Part shown: positions 41,282-51,825 of the stretch, one piece after another
Layout of the letters: the number at the start of each line of letters is the position of its first letter
Position numbering within the stretch: position 1 is the first letter of the stretch
Assembly (NCBI GenBank): GCA_963712885.1
Contig: CAVQJT010000004.1
Span: forward strand, 80,108-144,107
Direction: 5' to 3'
DNA length: 64,000 nt
DNA from: Calditrichia bacterium
GTDB lineage: Bacteria; Calditrichota; Calditrichia; JAJRVZ01
Position numbers and translations under genes: made by a program
Notes under the pieces: generated by a model
What the model saw: only the letters and a program-made list of their open reading frames with translations
Told to the model about the DNA's origin: nothing
Databases searched by the model: none

Positions 41282-42875
41282 ATGAAAAATAAGCTCCGGA
41301 TTTCTATATACAAAAAAATAGTAACCGGAATAGTGCTGCTGGCAGCTCATGTCCTTTTTACACCGGTTTATGCTCAGACTGCTGCCAATCCCGATAGCGC
41401 TTTGCTTGAAATTCTGGAAAAAATGGAGGGTATGCCGCTTTCTTTAAAAGAAGCTGTAGAACAGGCTTTAGTCAATGCAACGTCGGTGAGGAAAGCCGAG
41501 TCTGATTATCTGGCAGCCCGTTCAGTCGTACGCCGCGAACGCGGATTTTTTGATCCTGCGCTGTTCTTCGGCCTGGATTACCTGGACTCGAAACTGCCCA
41601 CCGCTTCTTTTTTCGCCGGAGCACCGGTACTGGCTACGCAACAGACCACAGCCCAGGCGGGATTACGATTGGATCTTCCCATTGGTACCCAGCTGGAGGC
41701 GTCCTTAAATGCCATCCGTTTTAAAACAAACTCGGCATTTGCCTTTCTAAATCCCCAGTATACCTCGGTCGGAATATTAAGTCTTCGCCAGCCACTGCTC
41801 CGGGGATTCAGCACATCGGCCAGAAAAGAGCTCAGCAAGGCCGAGCAGCAATTGGATGCCGCAAAGAAAAGATACGATCAGGAAGTGCTGGCGGCAAGTA
41901 CCAGTGTTGAACGGAATTACTGGGATCTTTATGCTGCCGAACGTGATTATGCGGTACAGGTATTACTGCTGAACCAGGGTGAGGCTTTCCTGCGCGAAAC
42001 CGAGTTGCGCGCCAAAACCGGCTTGATCGGACCCGGCCAGGTGGCCAATGCCAAAACATTCCTGGCTGAGCAGAAACTCGGTTATCTTGACCGCGAGGAA
42101 GAGCTGGAGAATCTTTCCAATCAGTCTGGCTTCCCTGATTGGAAAAAGACCGGAAGGTACCGTACCCCGATATTTAACCGTGGATGCACCCCCCTCCGAA
42201 TACCCTATGGAGGAAGCTGATGCTCTGGTCCAATTGGCCATGAATGAAAATTATGATCTGAAAGCAGCGCAGTTCGATGTTCAGACTGTCCGGATAATGG
42301 CCGATGCAGCGGGATGGGAAGCCTGGCCGAGCATGGATCTGGTTGCATCATTGGGGGGAAACGGTCTTTCCGGAGCACCTCAGGATGTTATTTTTGGCGG
42401 TGATACCCTCCTCAGCTCGCGCAGCGGCGGATTTGGTGATGCCATAAAACAGGTGGGACAGCGCTCCTATCCCAATTGGGGTGTTGGTGTGGAGATCAGT
42501 ATTCCGATCGGATCACGTACCGGCCTGGGGGAAAGGGACCGGCTGCGTGCCGAAGTATCCCGGGCAGAACAGGTATATATCGAGCGGACACGGCTGCTTG
42601 AAGAGCAGATACGCAACAGTCACCGCGAACTGCTTCATGGAAAACAACGCCTGGAGGCAGCCCGTGAAGGGGTGGAAGCGGCCCAGGAACAGGTCCGCAT
42701 CGGGTTGATTGATTTCTATAACGGCCGTACCACGGCATTTGAATTGGTGCGCCTGGGCGCAGATTTTGCCACGGCCCAGCAGCGATATTCCCAGGCTCTG
42801 GTACGCACGGCCAAAGCGGCCGCCACATTAAAACAACTAACCTCGGGTGCCTATCCCGCAGACAATACCCATTGA
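41282..42875 (+). CDS. TolC-like outer membrane efflux protein, frame interrupted by one extra base at 42125
   Basis: Track ORFs 41282..42220 and 42048..42875 are two halves of one OEP. Deleting T42125 (CAGTCTG -> CAGCTG) gives ...DREEELENLSNQLASLIGKRPEGTVPRYLTVDAPPSEYPMEEADALVQLAMNENYDLKAAQ.... Confidence 0.8.
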
Positions 42876-42885
42876 AAAGGCTCAT

Positions 42886-44010
42886 ATGATATATAAAAAA
42901 CATCTAGAAAAAACAAGATTTCGTATCGGTGTGCAGTCAGGTCTGTATCTGATTACTTTTATATTTTTAACCCAGTTTCTTTTTAACGGCTGTTCAAAAA
43001 AAGAAGCCGCCGGTGGCAGGATGTCCATGCCACCGATGCCGGTGGAGGTGGCAGCGGTTCAGGTGCAGGAAGTGTTCGATATATTTGAAGCGGTTGGAAC
43101 GCTTGAGGCCATTGAAGCGATTACCGTGGTGGCGGAAATCGATGCTACGGTTAAGCGATTGCCCTTTCAGGAAGGCAGCACGCTGCAGAAAGGCGAACTT
43201 ATTGCGCAACTGGACGATTTGCAACTGGCTGCTGAAGTCGATCGGGCGGCCGCCCTGCGTGCACAGTTCCAGGCAACATATGAACGTATAAAATCTGTTG
43301 TGGAACAAAAGGCCGCTGCCCCCCAGGATTTGGATGATGCAGCTGCCGCACTTAAAGTAGCCGAAGCAAATCTGGATGTAGCCCGGGCCCGTTTTGCCAA
43401 AACCCGAATCACTGCCCCCTTTGCCGGCTTGATTGGGTCCCGCCAGGTGAGTGTCGGATCATTTGTAAGGGCCGGGCAGGCCATCGCCGAACTGGCCAAC
43501 ATCAATGCCATACGTGTAAATTTTTCAACACCGGAAAGATACCTTTCGAAACTGATGCAGGGCGCCGCAGTTACCGTTTCCACTACAGCATTTCCGGGCT
43601 ATGAATTGCAGGGGAAAATTATCGTAATTGAACCCATTCTTGATGCGACCACCCGCAGTGCTGGAGTGGTAGCCGAACTGAAAAATCCGGGACAGAAATT
43701 CCGGCCGGGGATGTCGGCGAATGTTTCGGCGATTCTGAGTGCCCGCCCGGAGGCCATGACCATTCCCAATGAGGCCATTTTTGGCAGCGGCAATCAGTCC
43801 TTTGTCTATGTTATGAAGTCTGACAGCACCGTTGTCCGGACAGCTCTGACCCTGGGAACACGAATGGCAGATATTGTGGAAGTTGTGGGCGGTCTGGAGC
43901 CGGATATGACCGTTGTACGAGCCGGCCACCAGAAACTTTTTGACGGCGCCAAAGTCATGCCGATGGTAAGTCAGCGTGATACGACAGCCAAAGTCCAGGT
44001 GAGATCCTGA
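42886..44010 (+). CDS. RND efflux periplasmic adaptor (MFP/HlyD_D23 family)
   Basis: 374 aa from ATG 42886. Lipoprotein-like N-terminus (FNGCSK) and the typical VTAPFAGLIG lipoyl/beta-barrel pattern. Confidence 0.85.
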   Translation: MIYKKHLEKTRFRIGVQSGLYLITFIFLTQFLFNGCSKKEAAGGRMSMPPMPVEVAAVQVQEVFDIFEAVGTLEAIEAITVVAEIDATVKRLPFQEGSTLQKGELIAQLDDLQLAAEVDRAAALRAQFQATYERIKSVVEQKAAAPQDLDDAAAALKVAEANLDVARARFAKTRITAPFAGLIGSRQVSVGSFVRAGQAIAELANINAIRVNFSTPERYLSKLMQGAAVTVSTTAFPGYELQGKIIVIEPILDATTRSAGVVAELKNPGQKFRPGMSANVSAILSARPEAMTIPNEAIFGSGNQSFVYVMKSDSTVVRTALTLGTRMADIVEVVGGLEPDMTVVRAGHQKLFDGAKVMPMVSQRDTTAKVQVRS

Positions 44011-44090
44011 GAGAAGCTCAGGATGACCCAATTGTCATCCCGAACTTGGTTCGGGATCTAATATTAGCGAATTAATCAGGAATAATTTTT

Positions 44091-47000
44091 GTGAAAATAA
44101 GCAGTATTTCCATACAACGGCCGGTCTTTGCCAGTGTGATGAGCCTGACCATTCTTTTATTTGGTATTATTTCCTTTACCAGGCTTCCCGTCCGTGAATA
44201 TCCGGATATCGATCCACCCATTGTTTCCGTGATAACGCTCTATCGCGGAGCCAGTTCCAGCGTAGTTGAGACTGAAATTACCAACATCCTGGAGGAGCAA
44301 TTTGCCACCCTGGAAGGGGTCAAAACGATGACTTCATCCAGTCGCGAGCAGGGATCTGTTATTACCATTGAATTTGAACTGAATCGTGATGTTGATGAAG
44401 CTGCCAACGATATCCGCGATCGGGTTTCGCGGGTGCGTGGACAGTTACCCCGGGAAGTAGACGACCCGGTAATTTCAAAAGTTGACGCCAATGCCCAGCC
44501 AATTGTCTGGCTGGCTCTTTTTAGTGACCGCCATAATGGTCTGGAGTTGACCGATATCGGTGACCGGGTATTAAAAGAGCGCATTCAACGGTTTCCGGGC
44601 GTCGGTTCGGTCATTATCGGAGGCGAGCGCCGCTATGCCATGCGCGTATGGCTTGATCCTATGCGCATGGCCGCCCACGGGTTGACAACACAGAATATTG
44701 AGGCGGCCATCCGCAGAGAGAACGCCGAAATTCCCGGTGGACGTGTGGAAGGAATATCCCGCGAGTTTTCTGTTCGCACCCGCGGCGAACTGTCGACACC
44801 GCAGGAATTTGAGGCCATTATCGTATCACAAAAAGACGGTGACCTGGTGCGCCTGCGCGATGTAGCGGAAGTGATGGTGGGTGCCGAAGATGAACGTACT
44901 ATTGCCCGTTATAACGGTCGGTCTGCTATTGGACTGGGCATCGTAAAACAATCCAAGGCGAGTACGGTTGATGTTGCTGAAGTTGTGCGTGCTGCTTTGC
45001 CTGAACTGGAGCAGTCATTGCCTGTGGGAATGAAACTGGATGTCGCCTACGATTCATCTACTTTTATCAAGGAGTCGATAGACCAGGTGGTCGAAACTTT
45101 GATCATTGCCATGTGCCTGGTGGTCCTGGTAGTTCTGGCCTTTTTAAAAAGTTTTCGCGCCACCACGATACCTTCCCTGGCAATTCCCATTTCGGTTATC
45201 GGCGCCCTGGCAGCCGCTTATTTTGCCGGATATACGATCAATATTCTTACCCTTCTGGGTCTGGTACTGGCCATCGGCCTGGTGGTGGATGATGCTATCG
45301 TTGTGCTGGAAAATATCTATCGTCATATGGAACTTGGCAAGGACCGGCGCCAGGCGGCATTTGACGGCAGTCAGGAAATTGGATTCGCCGTCGTTGCCAC
45401 AACGATAGCCCTGGTAGCCGTATTCGTACCATTAGCGTTTCTGACCGGTTCCGTAGGGCGCTTATTCAATGAGTTTGGCATTTCCCTGGCCGTAGCCATT
45501 TTAATCTCGGGTTTTGTGGCCCTCAGTTTGACTCCGATGCTAAGTTCCAAACTGCTTAAACCGCTTCATGGCAGCGGCAGCGGATGGGCTTCGCGCTCCT
45601 TCGATGCTTTCTTCGAATTTTTGAACCGCATTTACGAGCGCAGTTTGCGGATTGCCCTCAAATTCCGGGTATTGATGATTGCCGGTGCAGCACTGGCCGT
45701 GGGTTTAAGTCTGGTCTTATTTTATATAATGCCCAGTGAACTGGTACCCATTGAAGACCGTGGGATTGCGTTTGGGATTGTAATCGCGCCGGAAGGGGCG
45801 ACCCTTGAATATACCGACAGTTATATGCGTGAAGTTGAAAACCGTCTGCTCCGGCTTCCCGAAGCCCGGGGCGTTTTTACGGCCATTGGTCTGGGATTTG
45901 GCGGACCGGGGCGTGTAACCAACGGATTTGTATTCTTGGCTCTGAAGCCGCGCGGGGAAAGGCAGAAATCGCAGCAGCAAATTGTGCAGGAATTGTTTCC
46001 CCAGTTGATATCGATTCCCGGTGTGCTGGCGTTTGTGATAAATCCTCCCAGTCTGGGAGGAAGTTTCAGCTCCAGTCCGGTGGAATATATCCTCCAGGCA
46101 GAGACCTACGAGGAATTGAGCCAGTCTCTGGGCATTATGATGCAGGAGGCCAACAAACTGGGCTATTTTGTCAATTTGGACAGTGATTTGCGTCTGAATA
46201 AACCGCAGCTGGATATTACCATCGATCGTGAACGCGCCTCCGGGCAAGGTGTCTCGGTCACCGATATTGGTTCCACGCTGGAGACATTTTTAGGTGGCAA
46301 GGTAGTAACGAATTTCAAACGCGGTACCAAGCAATATGATGTTATCCTGCAGATGAGATCTTCCGGCCGGGCCACCCCCGATGCCATAGATGAAATATAC
46401 GTTCGCAGCAATGGTGGATTGGTGCAGCTGGCCAATGTGGTCAAAATAGAGGAAACACTGGCGCCCAAGGAACTGAATCATTACAACCGGGTTCGTTCCG
46501 CGAAAATATCTTCCAGTCTTCTTCCCGGCGTAAGCCTGGGACAGGCCCTGGATGATCTGGACCGTATCGCCGAGGAAAAACTACCTGCCGGAATTAAACG
46601 GGAATATGCCGGCCAGTCCCTGGAATATAAATCTTCCAGTTCAAGTCTTTATCTGATGTTCTTACTGGCGCTGGTATTCATCTATCTGGTACTTTCGGCC
46701 CAATTTGAGAGTTTTGTCCATCCCTTTACCATATTGCTATCGGTGCCCCTGGCTGTCTTCGGAGCGCTGGTAACCTTGTATGGATTTGGCCAGAGCCTAA
46801 ATATCTATTCCCAGATCGGACTTATTATGCTCATCGGTCTTGTAACCAAGAATTCAATTCTGATTGTGGAATTTTCCAACCAGTTGAGGGCCGCCGGTCA
46901 GCCGGTGGTTGAGGCGGTGGTAAAGGCTGCCACGATTCGTTTGCGTCCCATCCTGATGACCTCATTTGCCACAATTTTTGGGGTGTTGCCCATTGCCATA

Positions 47001-47195
47001 GGATTTGGTGCCGGGGCCGAATCGCGTCGTCCCCTGGGTCTGGCCGTGGCGGGTGGGATGCTCTTTTCAACCTTTTTAACCCTGATACTTGTTCCGGTGG
47101 TCTATACCATTCTGGCCCGCTATACCAAAACCGGTAAGAGAGAACAGAAAGACCAGGAAGAACCCGTCATACTTGCCGATAATGTCCCGGCATAA
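44091..47195 (+). CDS. RND multidrug efflux transporter (AcrB/HAE1 family)
   Basis: 1034 aa, GTG start. SIQRPVFASVMSL N-terminus, 12-TM/2-loop architecture, VVDDAIVVLENI motif. Confidence 0.9.
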   Translation: MKISSISIQRPVFASVMSLTILLFGIISFTRLPVREYPDIDPPIVSVITLYRGASSSVVETEITNILEEQFATLEGVKTMTSSSREQGSVITIEFELNRDVDEAANDIRDRVSRVRGQLPREVDDPVISKVDANAQPIVWLALFSDRHNGLELTDIGDRVLKERIQRFPGVGSVIIGGERRYAMRVWLDPMRMAAHGLTTQNIEAAIRRENAEIPGGRVEGISREFSVRTRGELSTPQEFEAIIVSQKDGDLVRLRDVAEVMVGAEDERTIARYNGRSAIGLGIVKQSKASTVDVAEVVRAALPELEQSLPVGMKLDVAYDSSTFIKESIDQVVETLIIAMCLVVLVVLAFLKSFRATTIPSLAIPISVIGALAAAYFAGYTINILTLLGLVLAIGLVVDDAIVVLENIYRHMELGKDRRQAAFDGSQEIGFAVVATTIALVAVFVPLAFLTGSVGRLFNEFGISLAVAILISGFVALSLTPMLSSKLLKPLHGSGSGWASRSFDAFFEFLNRIYERSLRIALKFRVLMIAGAALAVGLSLVLFYIMPSELVPIEDRGIAFGIVIAPEGATLEYTDSYMREVENRLLRLPEARGVFTAIGLGFGGPGRVTNGFVFLALKPRGERQKSQQQIVQELFPQLISIPGVLAFVINPPSLGGSFSSSPVEYILQAETYEELSQSLGIMMQEANKLGYFVNLDSDLRLNKPQLDITIDRERASGQGVSVTDIGSTLETFLGGKVVTNFKRGTKQYDVILQMRSSGRATPDAIDEIYVRSNGGLVQLANVVKIEETLAPKELNHYNRVRSAKISSSLLPGVSLGQALDDLDRIAEEKLPAGIKREYAGQSLEYKSSSSSLYLMFLLALVFIYLVLSAQFESFVHPFTILLSVPLAVFGALVTLYGFGQSLNIYSQIGLIMLIGLVTKNSILIVEFSNQLRAAGQPVVEAVVKAATIRLRPILMTSFATIFGVLPIAIGFGAGAESRRPLGLAVAGGMLFSTFLTLILVPVVYTILARYTKTGKREQKDQEEPVILADNVPA

Positions 47196-47568
47196 GGGAT
47201 TGGTGATATCCGGCAAATAATATCAAATTATTTAGAGTTTTAATTTGGTACTAAAAAATAATATTAAGCTGAAGTTGTATGATATATATTATTATATTCG
47301 TTCTAAATACAGTCCCAAATTTTACAAAGATTCCAAAATCATATGGCCACAAAGGCATCTTATCAGATTCATTGTATAGAGTTCTGATTTTAATTAATTC
47401 TTCAAGTAAATTATTACCTGACGTACGGATGGATTCATTCATAATATGTTTGGTCTTATATTTTTCATATAGTTGATTAAAATTATGCAATATTCTCTCC
47501 GACTCTATTTATTTGGATTCTTTCATTGAATTACTCTATCCGATTTCCACTCAACAGCATATAAATGA

Positions 47569-47748
47569 GTGGGTTATAGATACCGGGATTACCGGCATAC
47601 TTTTGTTACCCTGGCATTGACTCATGATATTGATCTATATACGGTGTCCAAACTGTTAGGTCATCGGGAGATTAAAACGACCCAGTTATATGCCAAATTA
47701 AGTGACAAGAAAAAAGATGAAGCGGTTGATAAGCTTTCACGCATTTAA
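47569..47748 (+). pseudogene. Tyrosine recombinase (phage integrase) C-terminal remnant
   Basis: Open frame ...YRHTFVTLALTHDIDLYTVSKLLGHREIKTTQLYAKLSDKKKDEAVDKLSRI* matches the integrase box II / catalytic Tyr region (RHTFAT...LLGH..i.TTq.Y). There is no N-terminal part upstream. Confidence 0.7.
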
Positions 47749-48226
47749 CTAAAGATACGGCAAAATAAAAAAAGGTAGAAATTCTGTGTTCTATCGGTTA
47801 CAATGTTTTGTTTGTCTTAGGAATTGAAACTAGCTTAAATTCTCACACTATTTTATTAACGGTTTTATCAATAATTTTAGTTGCCGGGGTTTTCTTTGAT
47901 ACATGTGTTAGAGTATCAATTACAAATTTACGTGTTTCTATTTTTAATTTATCATCATAATACATTTGTTTCTCCAAATACATTTGTTTCTCCAATTATT
48001 TATTTCGTGTACTAAGTGAACTGAGATTTTTGTCAATTATAAAATCACCAAAATCCCTTATCCAATATTTCTGTTTTAATTTATTGCTGTCGAGATAATT
48101 TCTAAGATCCCCATCTAACTCTAACAGAGGGATTAGAGCTTTCGCCACATCATCAGCTCTTATTTTGACACCGCCCGGGAAGTTATTAGATTAGAATTCA
48201 GGTAAAAAAGGAATAATTTTTTTGTA

Positions 48227-48597
48227 CTAACCTGGATTTACAACTTTTAGTGCAGTTCCCAATAAACTTTCCCAACCCATTCCGGAAACAAACAAGGTAC
48301 AGAGTTGAATAAAGATTGGCTTTTTGGGGTCAAATGAGTTTTTATATACACCGGGCAATATAATTATACCGGCAATCACAGCAAACAGTATTCTAGTCTG
48401 TAATTCCTTCGAGACTCCATTCTCCCGTCTCCTGAAATTTTGCAAAAAATGGCTGGATCAGAACACCTAAAATTAAAGCGATATATTGAGGTAAAACAGG
48501 TGGCAACTTTTCACCTTCGGCTTTATCCTCTTTTACCGTTGGTCTGACTGAAGATACCAAATCGAAGTACTTTACAGCAGAATTTAAAGTCTTTCAT
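48227..48597 (-). CDS. Small membrane protein, frame interrupted twice (extra bases at 48590 and 48397)
   Basis: ATG at 48597. Deleting T48590 (AAGTCTT -> AAGCTT) and T48397 (TAGTCTG -> TAGCTG) yields one ~123-aa ORF: MKALNSAVKYFDLVSS...PQYIALILGVLIQPFFAKFQETGEWSLEGITARILFAVIAGIIILPGVY...LGTALKVVNPG. Confidence 0.45.
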
Positions 48598-48689
48598 TCA
48601 ATACCTCTATTATTTAAGGATTGAATATTTAATTTCCTAGGTTATAACATGATTATATGATTATTCTAAATTTTGAAAATTGGTAATTT

Positions 48690-49924
48690 TTAATTTGCTT
48701 TTTTGAGCAGGATCACATTGTTATTCCCACCAAATCCAAATGAATTTACAAAGGCAATATTAACATTAAAGCTAATACCTTGGTTTGCGGTATAGTCAAG
48801 ATCGCAGTTGGGATCTGGATTATCAAGATTTATTGTTGGCGTTAAAAAGTTGTGTTTCATCGTTTCTATTGTGCAAATAGTCGAAATTACTGCACTAGCC
48901 CCTAAAGTATGGCCTATCATGGATTTAATTGATGAAATAGGTATACTGTAAGCCCTTCTGCCAAATATGGCCTTTATAACATCCGTCTCTATTTGATCAT
49001 TCAGAATGGTTGAAGTACCATGGGCATGAATATAATCAACTGCAGGGGGTTGAATAGAGGCATCTTTAAGGGCCAAATTAACTGCCAGTCTTTTGACCTT
49101 CCAAATTGGGTTTTACTATATGCTGGGCATTGTTGCTTGAGCCATAACCAAGTATCTCACAGCATTTGTTTCCATTTCGATCATTAATATGTTTTTCAGA
49201 TTCTAAAATTAGAATTCCCGCCCCTTCCGATAAAACCAATCCTTTCCTATCAATGCTGAATGGTTTGGATGCTTTGCTAGGCTTATCATTTGACTTGGTG
49301 TTTAATACCTTTAGTTTTTGAAAGTGTCCTATGGTTGCATCTGTGAGAGGTGCTTCTGCACCACCCGTTATGCACGCATCTAGAATTCCGTTTTTAATGA
49401 GTATATAGGCTAAACCAATTGCAGCGCCTGAGGATGAACAGGCAGAATTTATTGTATAATTTATTCCTTGTATTCCGTATTCCATTGCAAGTAGATTGCT
49501 CGGTGTGTTAGGCATTGAAGCAAGAAATGGTTCGATAATATTACCCGTTTTATATACATAATAATCCTTATAGCACTTCTCTAGAGATTCCATTCCACTT
49601 AATGCTATTCCAATAACTATTCCTATCTTTGGATTACCTTCTATAGTTAAATTTGAATTATTAATGGCTTCGTCTGCCGCTATCTTTGTTAAGATTGAAA
49701 TGCGGTCGTATAAAAAGCTGAGGAAGGTTATGCTTAAATTTAGTATTTAATGAATTTGAGATAAATCCTGCGATTTTCACACTCGTTTCGGATAGATTTA
49801 AAAAATTAATTTTTTTAATCCCAGACCTGCCTCTACTTGAATTTTCCCAAAACTCATCTACACCAATTCCATTGGGTGACACGATCCCCGTACCGCTCAC
49901 GAATACTTTAACGTCCCTTTTCAT
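48690..49924 (-). CDS. Beta-ketoacyl-ACP synthase (FabF/FabB-type KS, Cys-His-His), split over three frames
   Basis: Pieces 49661..49924 (MKRDVKVFVSGTGIVSPNGIGVDEFW), 49078..49593(+upstream) with active-site INSACSSSGAAIG, and 48690..49076 with HAHGTST and SMIGHTLGASA. One break is repaired by deleting T49089 (CAGTCTT -> CAGCTT), giving PNLEGQKLAVNLALKDA. The other break, near 49725, lies next to an intact CAGCTTTTT run. Confidence 0.75.
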
Positions 49925-50160
49925 TTTTTTAGACTTATTAAAGATTTTATATAGATATATGCCTTCTCAATATCATCTAACAAATCTATTTGTGTTTCAT
50001 CAATTTCAACATCGTATTTGTTTTCTATTGAAGATATTAATCTTAGGATATCAAGAGAGTCTAAACCAAAGTCTTTTGAGAGGCTGCTATTTTCATTAAG
50101 TTTTTCGAGCGGAATTTCTAAAACATCGGCTATCGTTTCAATAAATTCAATTTTTGTCAT
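49921..50160 (-). CDS. Acyl carrier protein
   Basis: 79 aa. Phosphopantetheine Ser motif FGLDSLDILRL. Its stop overlaps the KS start (ATGA). Confidence 0.8.
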   Translation of the reverse strand: MTKIEFIETIADVLEIPLEKLNENSSLSKDFGLDSLDILRLISSIENKYDVEIDETQIDLLDDIEKAYIYIKSLISLKK

Positions 50161-50177
50161 ATCAAATTGCCATAAAA

Positions 50178-50828
50178 TTAAACTATATAAAGTCCACCGT
50201 TTAAATGTATTGTTTGTCCAGTTAAATAAGGAGTCTTACATAAAAAGTCTATAGAATTAATTATATCATTGGTAGTACAAAATTTTTGCATAGGGATAAT
50301 TTTTAAGGCTTTATATAAACTAACATTTGTTAGCATATCAGATGCCATACCGGTCTCAACTAAACCTGGCGCTATTACAAATATATATTTTTTTTCAACT
50401 AGTAATTCTCTGTATAAAACCTTTACTAATCCATGGACGGCATTTTTACAACAGCAATAAGTGGATTGTCCCAGACGAGGGGAGATAGCAGCGCTTGATG
50501 AAAAAAGAATTATGTTGCCTTCCCTGCTCAGTTTTGGAATTATACATTTTAATACATTAAATGTCCCTAGAATATTATTATCAACCATCTCCTTAAACGA
50601 ATTATATGACATCTTGTAAAAAAAATTCGTAATGTTCTTAGCAGCACAATGTATAAAAGTATTTATCCCTTGAAATTTAATATCTTTAAAATATTCTTCT
50701 GTTTTTTCCCAATTACAAAGATTTACTTCTTTTCTATTTATTCCGAAAACAATATTTCCATCATTTCGGTAGTGCTCAAATAAATGTTTTCCTATACCGC
50801 GACTAGTACCTGTTATAACAATTTTCAA
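50178..50828 (-). CDS. SDR-family oxidoreductase (3-oxoacyl-ACP reductase-like)
   Basis: 216 aa. TGTSRGIGKHL cofactor motif, Ser (FSSSAA) and YCCCK (YxxxK) catalytic residues. Confidence 0.75.
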   Translation of the reverse strand: MKIVITGTSRGIGKHLFEHYRNDGNIVFGINRKEVNLCNWEKTEEYFKDIKFQGINTFIHCAAKNITNFFYKMSYNSFKEMVDNNILGTFNVLKCIIPKLSREGNIILFSSSAAISPRLGQSTYCCCKNAVHGLVKVLYRELLVEKKYIFVIAPGLVETGMASDMLTNVSLYKALKIIPMQKFCTTNDIINSIDFLCKTPYLTGQTIHLNGGLYIV

Positions 50829-50912
50829 CTAGGTTATCTCTTTTATGTATTAAGTAATGAATGGAACTGGATCAGAAGATAAATCACAATAGGTTATTTC
50901 TCAGTCATTTAC

Positions 50913-51809
50913 TTATTCAAAAATTGTACACGAGGCGGGATCAGCCACAATCCCTAAATTTTTAATTTTTTCTGCAGGTAAATCCACGGCAACAATAAAA
51001 TTGGTAAACTCATATTCCTTTAATTCCGATGTATGGACAGATCCATTTACAACATAAACTGGGATTAAAAATCTCTGGAAATCAAATGGTGGCATAGCAT
51101 AATAGGCAAACTTCATATCGTGAATTTTTACGGAAGAAGAATCTTTTGATAACCTCATAAATCTTGGATCATTTACAAATTTATTTAAGACTACAACTGG
51201 ATGTAATAATTGCATTACCTCTTCTTCTTCTGGGTTTCTCCAAAAATAAAGGACTTGACTCATTTGTTTTTCATCGGCGAATGATATTTTTAATTTTGCT
51301 CCTGGTCCCATCACTGGAATATCGTTCAAAACAAAATTATAGTAAATATGGATTTCAGTTTTAAACTCAGTTGTTTTTTTTGTCTTCACATCATCAACTG
51401 AAACTTCGGTATATTTAATGCACTGAAATTTTAGGAAATCGTCCTTAAATTTGAATTTTTCAATTGTTTTTTTTGCTAATTCAAGTGCTTCCTTTTCACT
51501 GGTTAATTTTTCCCGGCCAGAAAATTCTTCTCTATAAGCCAAACGGTCATTAGTCCACCAAACGGAATCACTTGCCTTATATACCTCAAGCGTATAGTCT
51601 TCGTCTTCCGCGACAGCCGTGTCTCCCATATCACTAAACTTGGATTTAGTGTTAAACATCTCTGCATATTTCTTCAATCTTTTTTCAAAGTCATTCACCA
51701 CATTTTTTTCACGAAATGATAATGTTTTATATGGTGATGTCCTATACATCATAGCTGATTCAAGAAATTCAGGGATTACTTTTGGATAAGAAAATAAATT
51801 ATTATTCAT
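50913..51809 (-). CDS. Hypothetical protein (298 aa), no recognised family; possible tandem PepSY-like beta/alpha modules
   Basis: Intact ORF with no signal peptide, 16 nt downstream of the protease-like gene. Segments LTSEKEALELAKKTIEKFKF and KFAYYAMPPFDFQRFLIPVYVVNG are reminiscent of PepSY/YpeB-type inhibitor-like modules. This is a weak impression only. Confidence 0.5.
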   Translation of the reverse strand: MNNNLFSYPKVIPEFLESAMMYRTSPYKTLSFREKNVVNDFEKRLKKYAEMFNTKSKFSDMGDTAVAEDEDYTLEVYKASDSVWWTNDRLAYREEFSGREKLTSEKEALELAKKTIEKFKFKDDFLKFQCIKYTEVSVDDVKTKKTTEFKTEIHIYYNFVLNDIPVMGPGAKLKISFADEKQMSQVLYFWRNPEEEEVMQLLHPVVVLNKFVNDPRFMRLSKDSSSVKIHDMKFAYYAMPPFDFQRFLIPVYVVNGSVHTSELKEYEFTNFIVAVDLPAEKIKNLGIVADPASCTIFE

Positions 51810-51825
51810 TGTATCCTCTCCTTAG

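Noticed and set aside
48690-50828. KR-ACP-KS trio plus NodU-type carbamoyltransferase as a NodFEG/NodU-like Nod-factor system.
   Set aside because: The carbamoyltransferase is 9 kb away, in different DNA, and decayed. No NodABC-type genes are present. The resemblance is coincidental.
50913-51809. The 298-aa protein next to a caspase-like protein as a bacterial gasdermin.
   Set aside because: From what I recall of bacterial gasdermins there is no N-terminal Cys or gasdermin-like N-terminus. The adjacent protease-like protein lacks the usual fused repeat/sensor domains. Nothing in the sequence supports the call without structure prediction.
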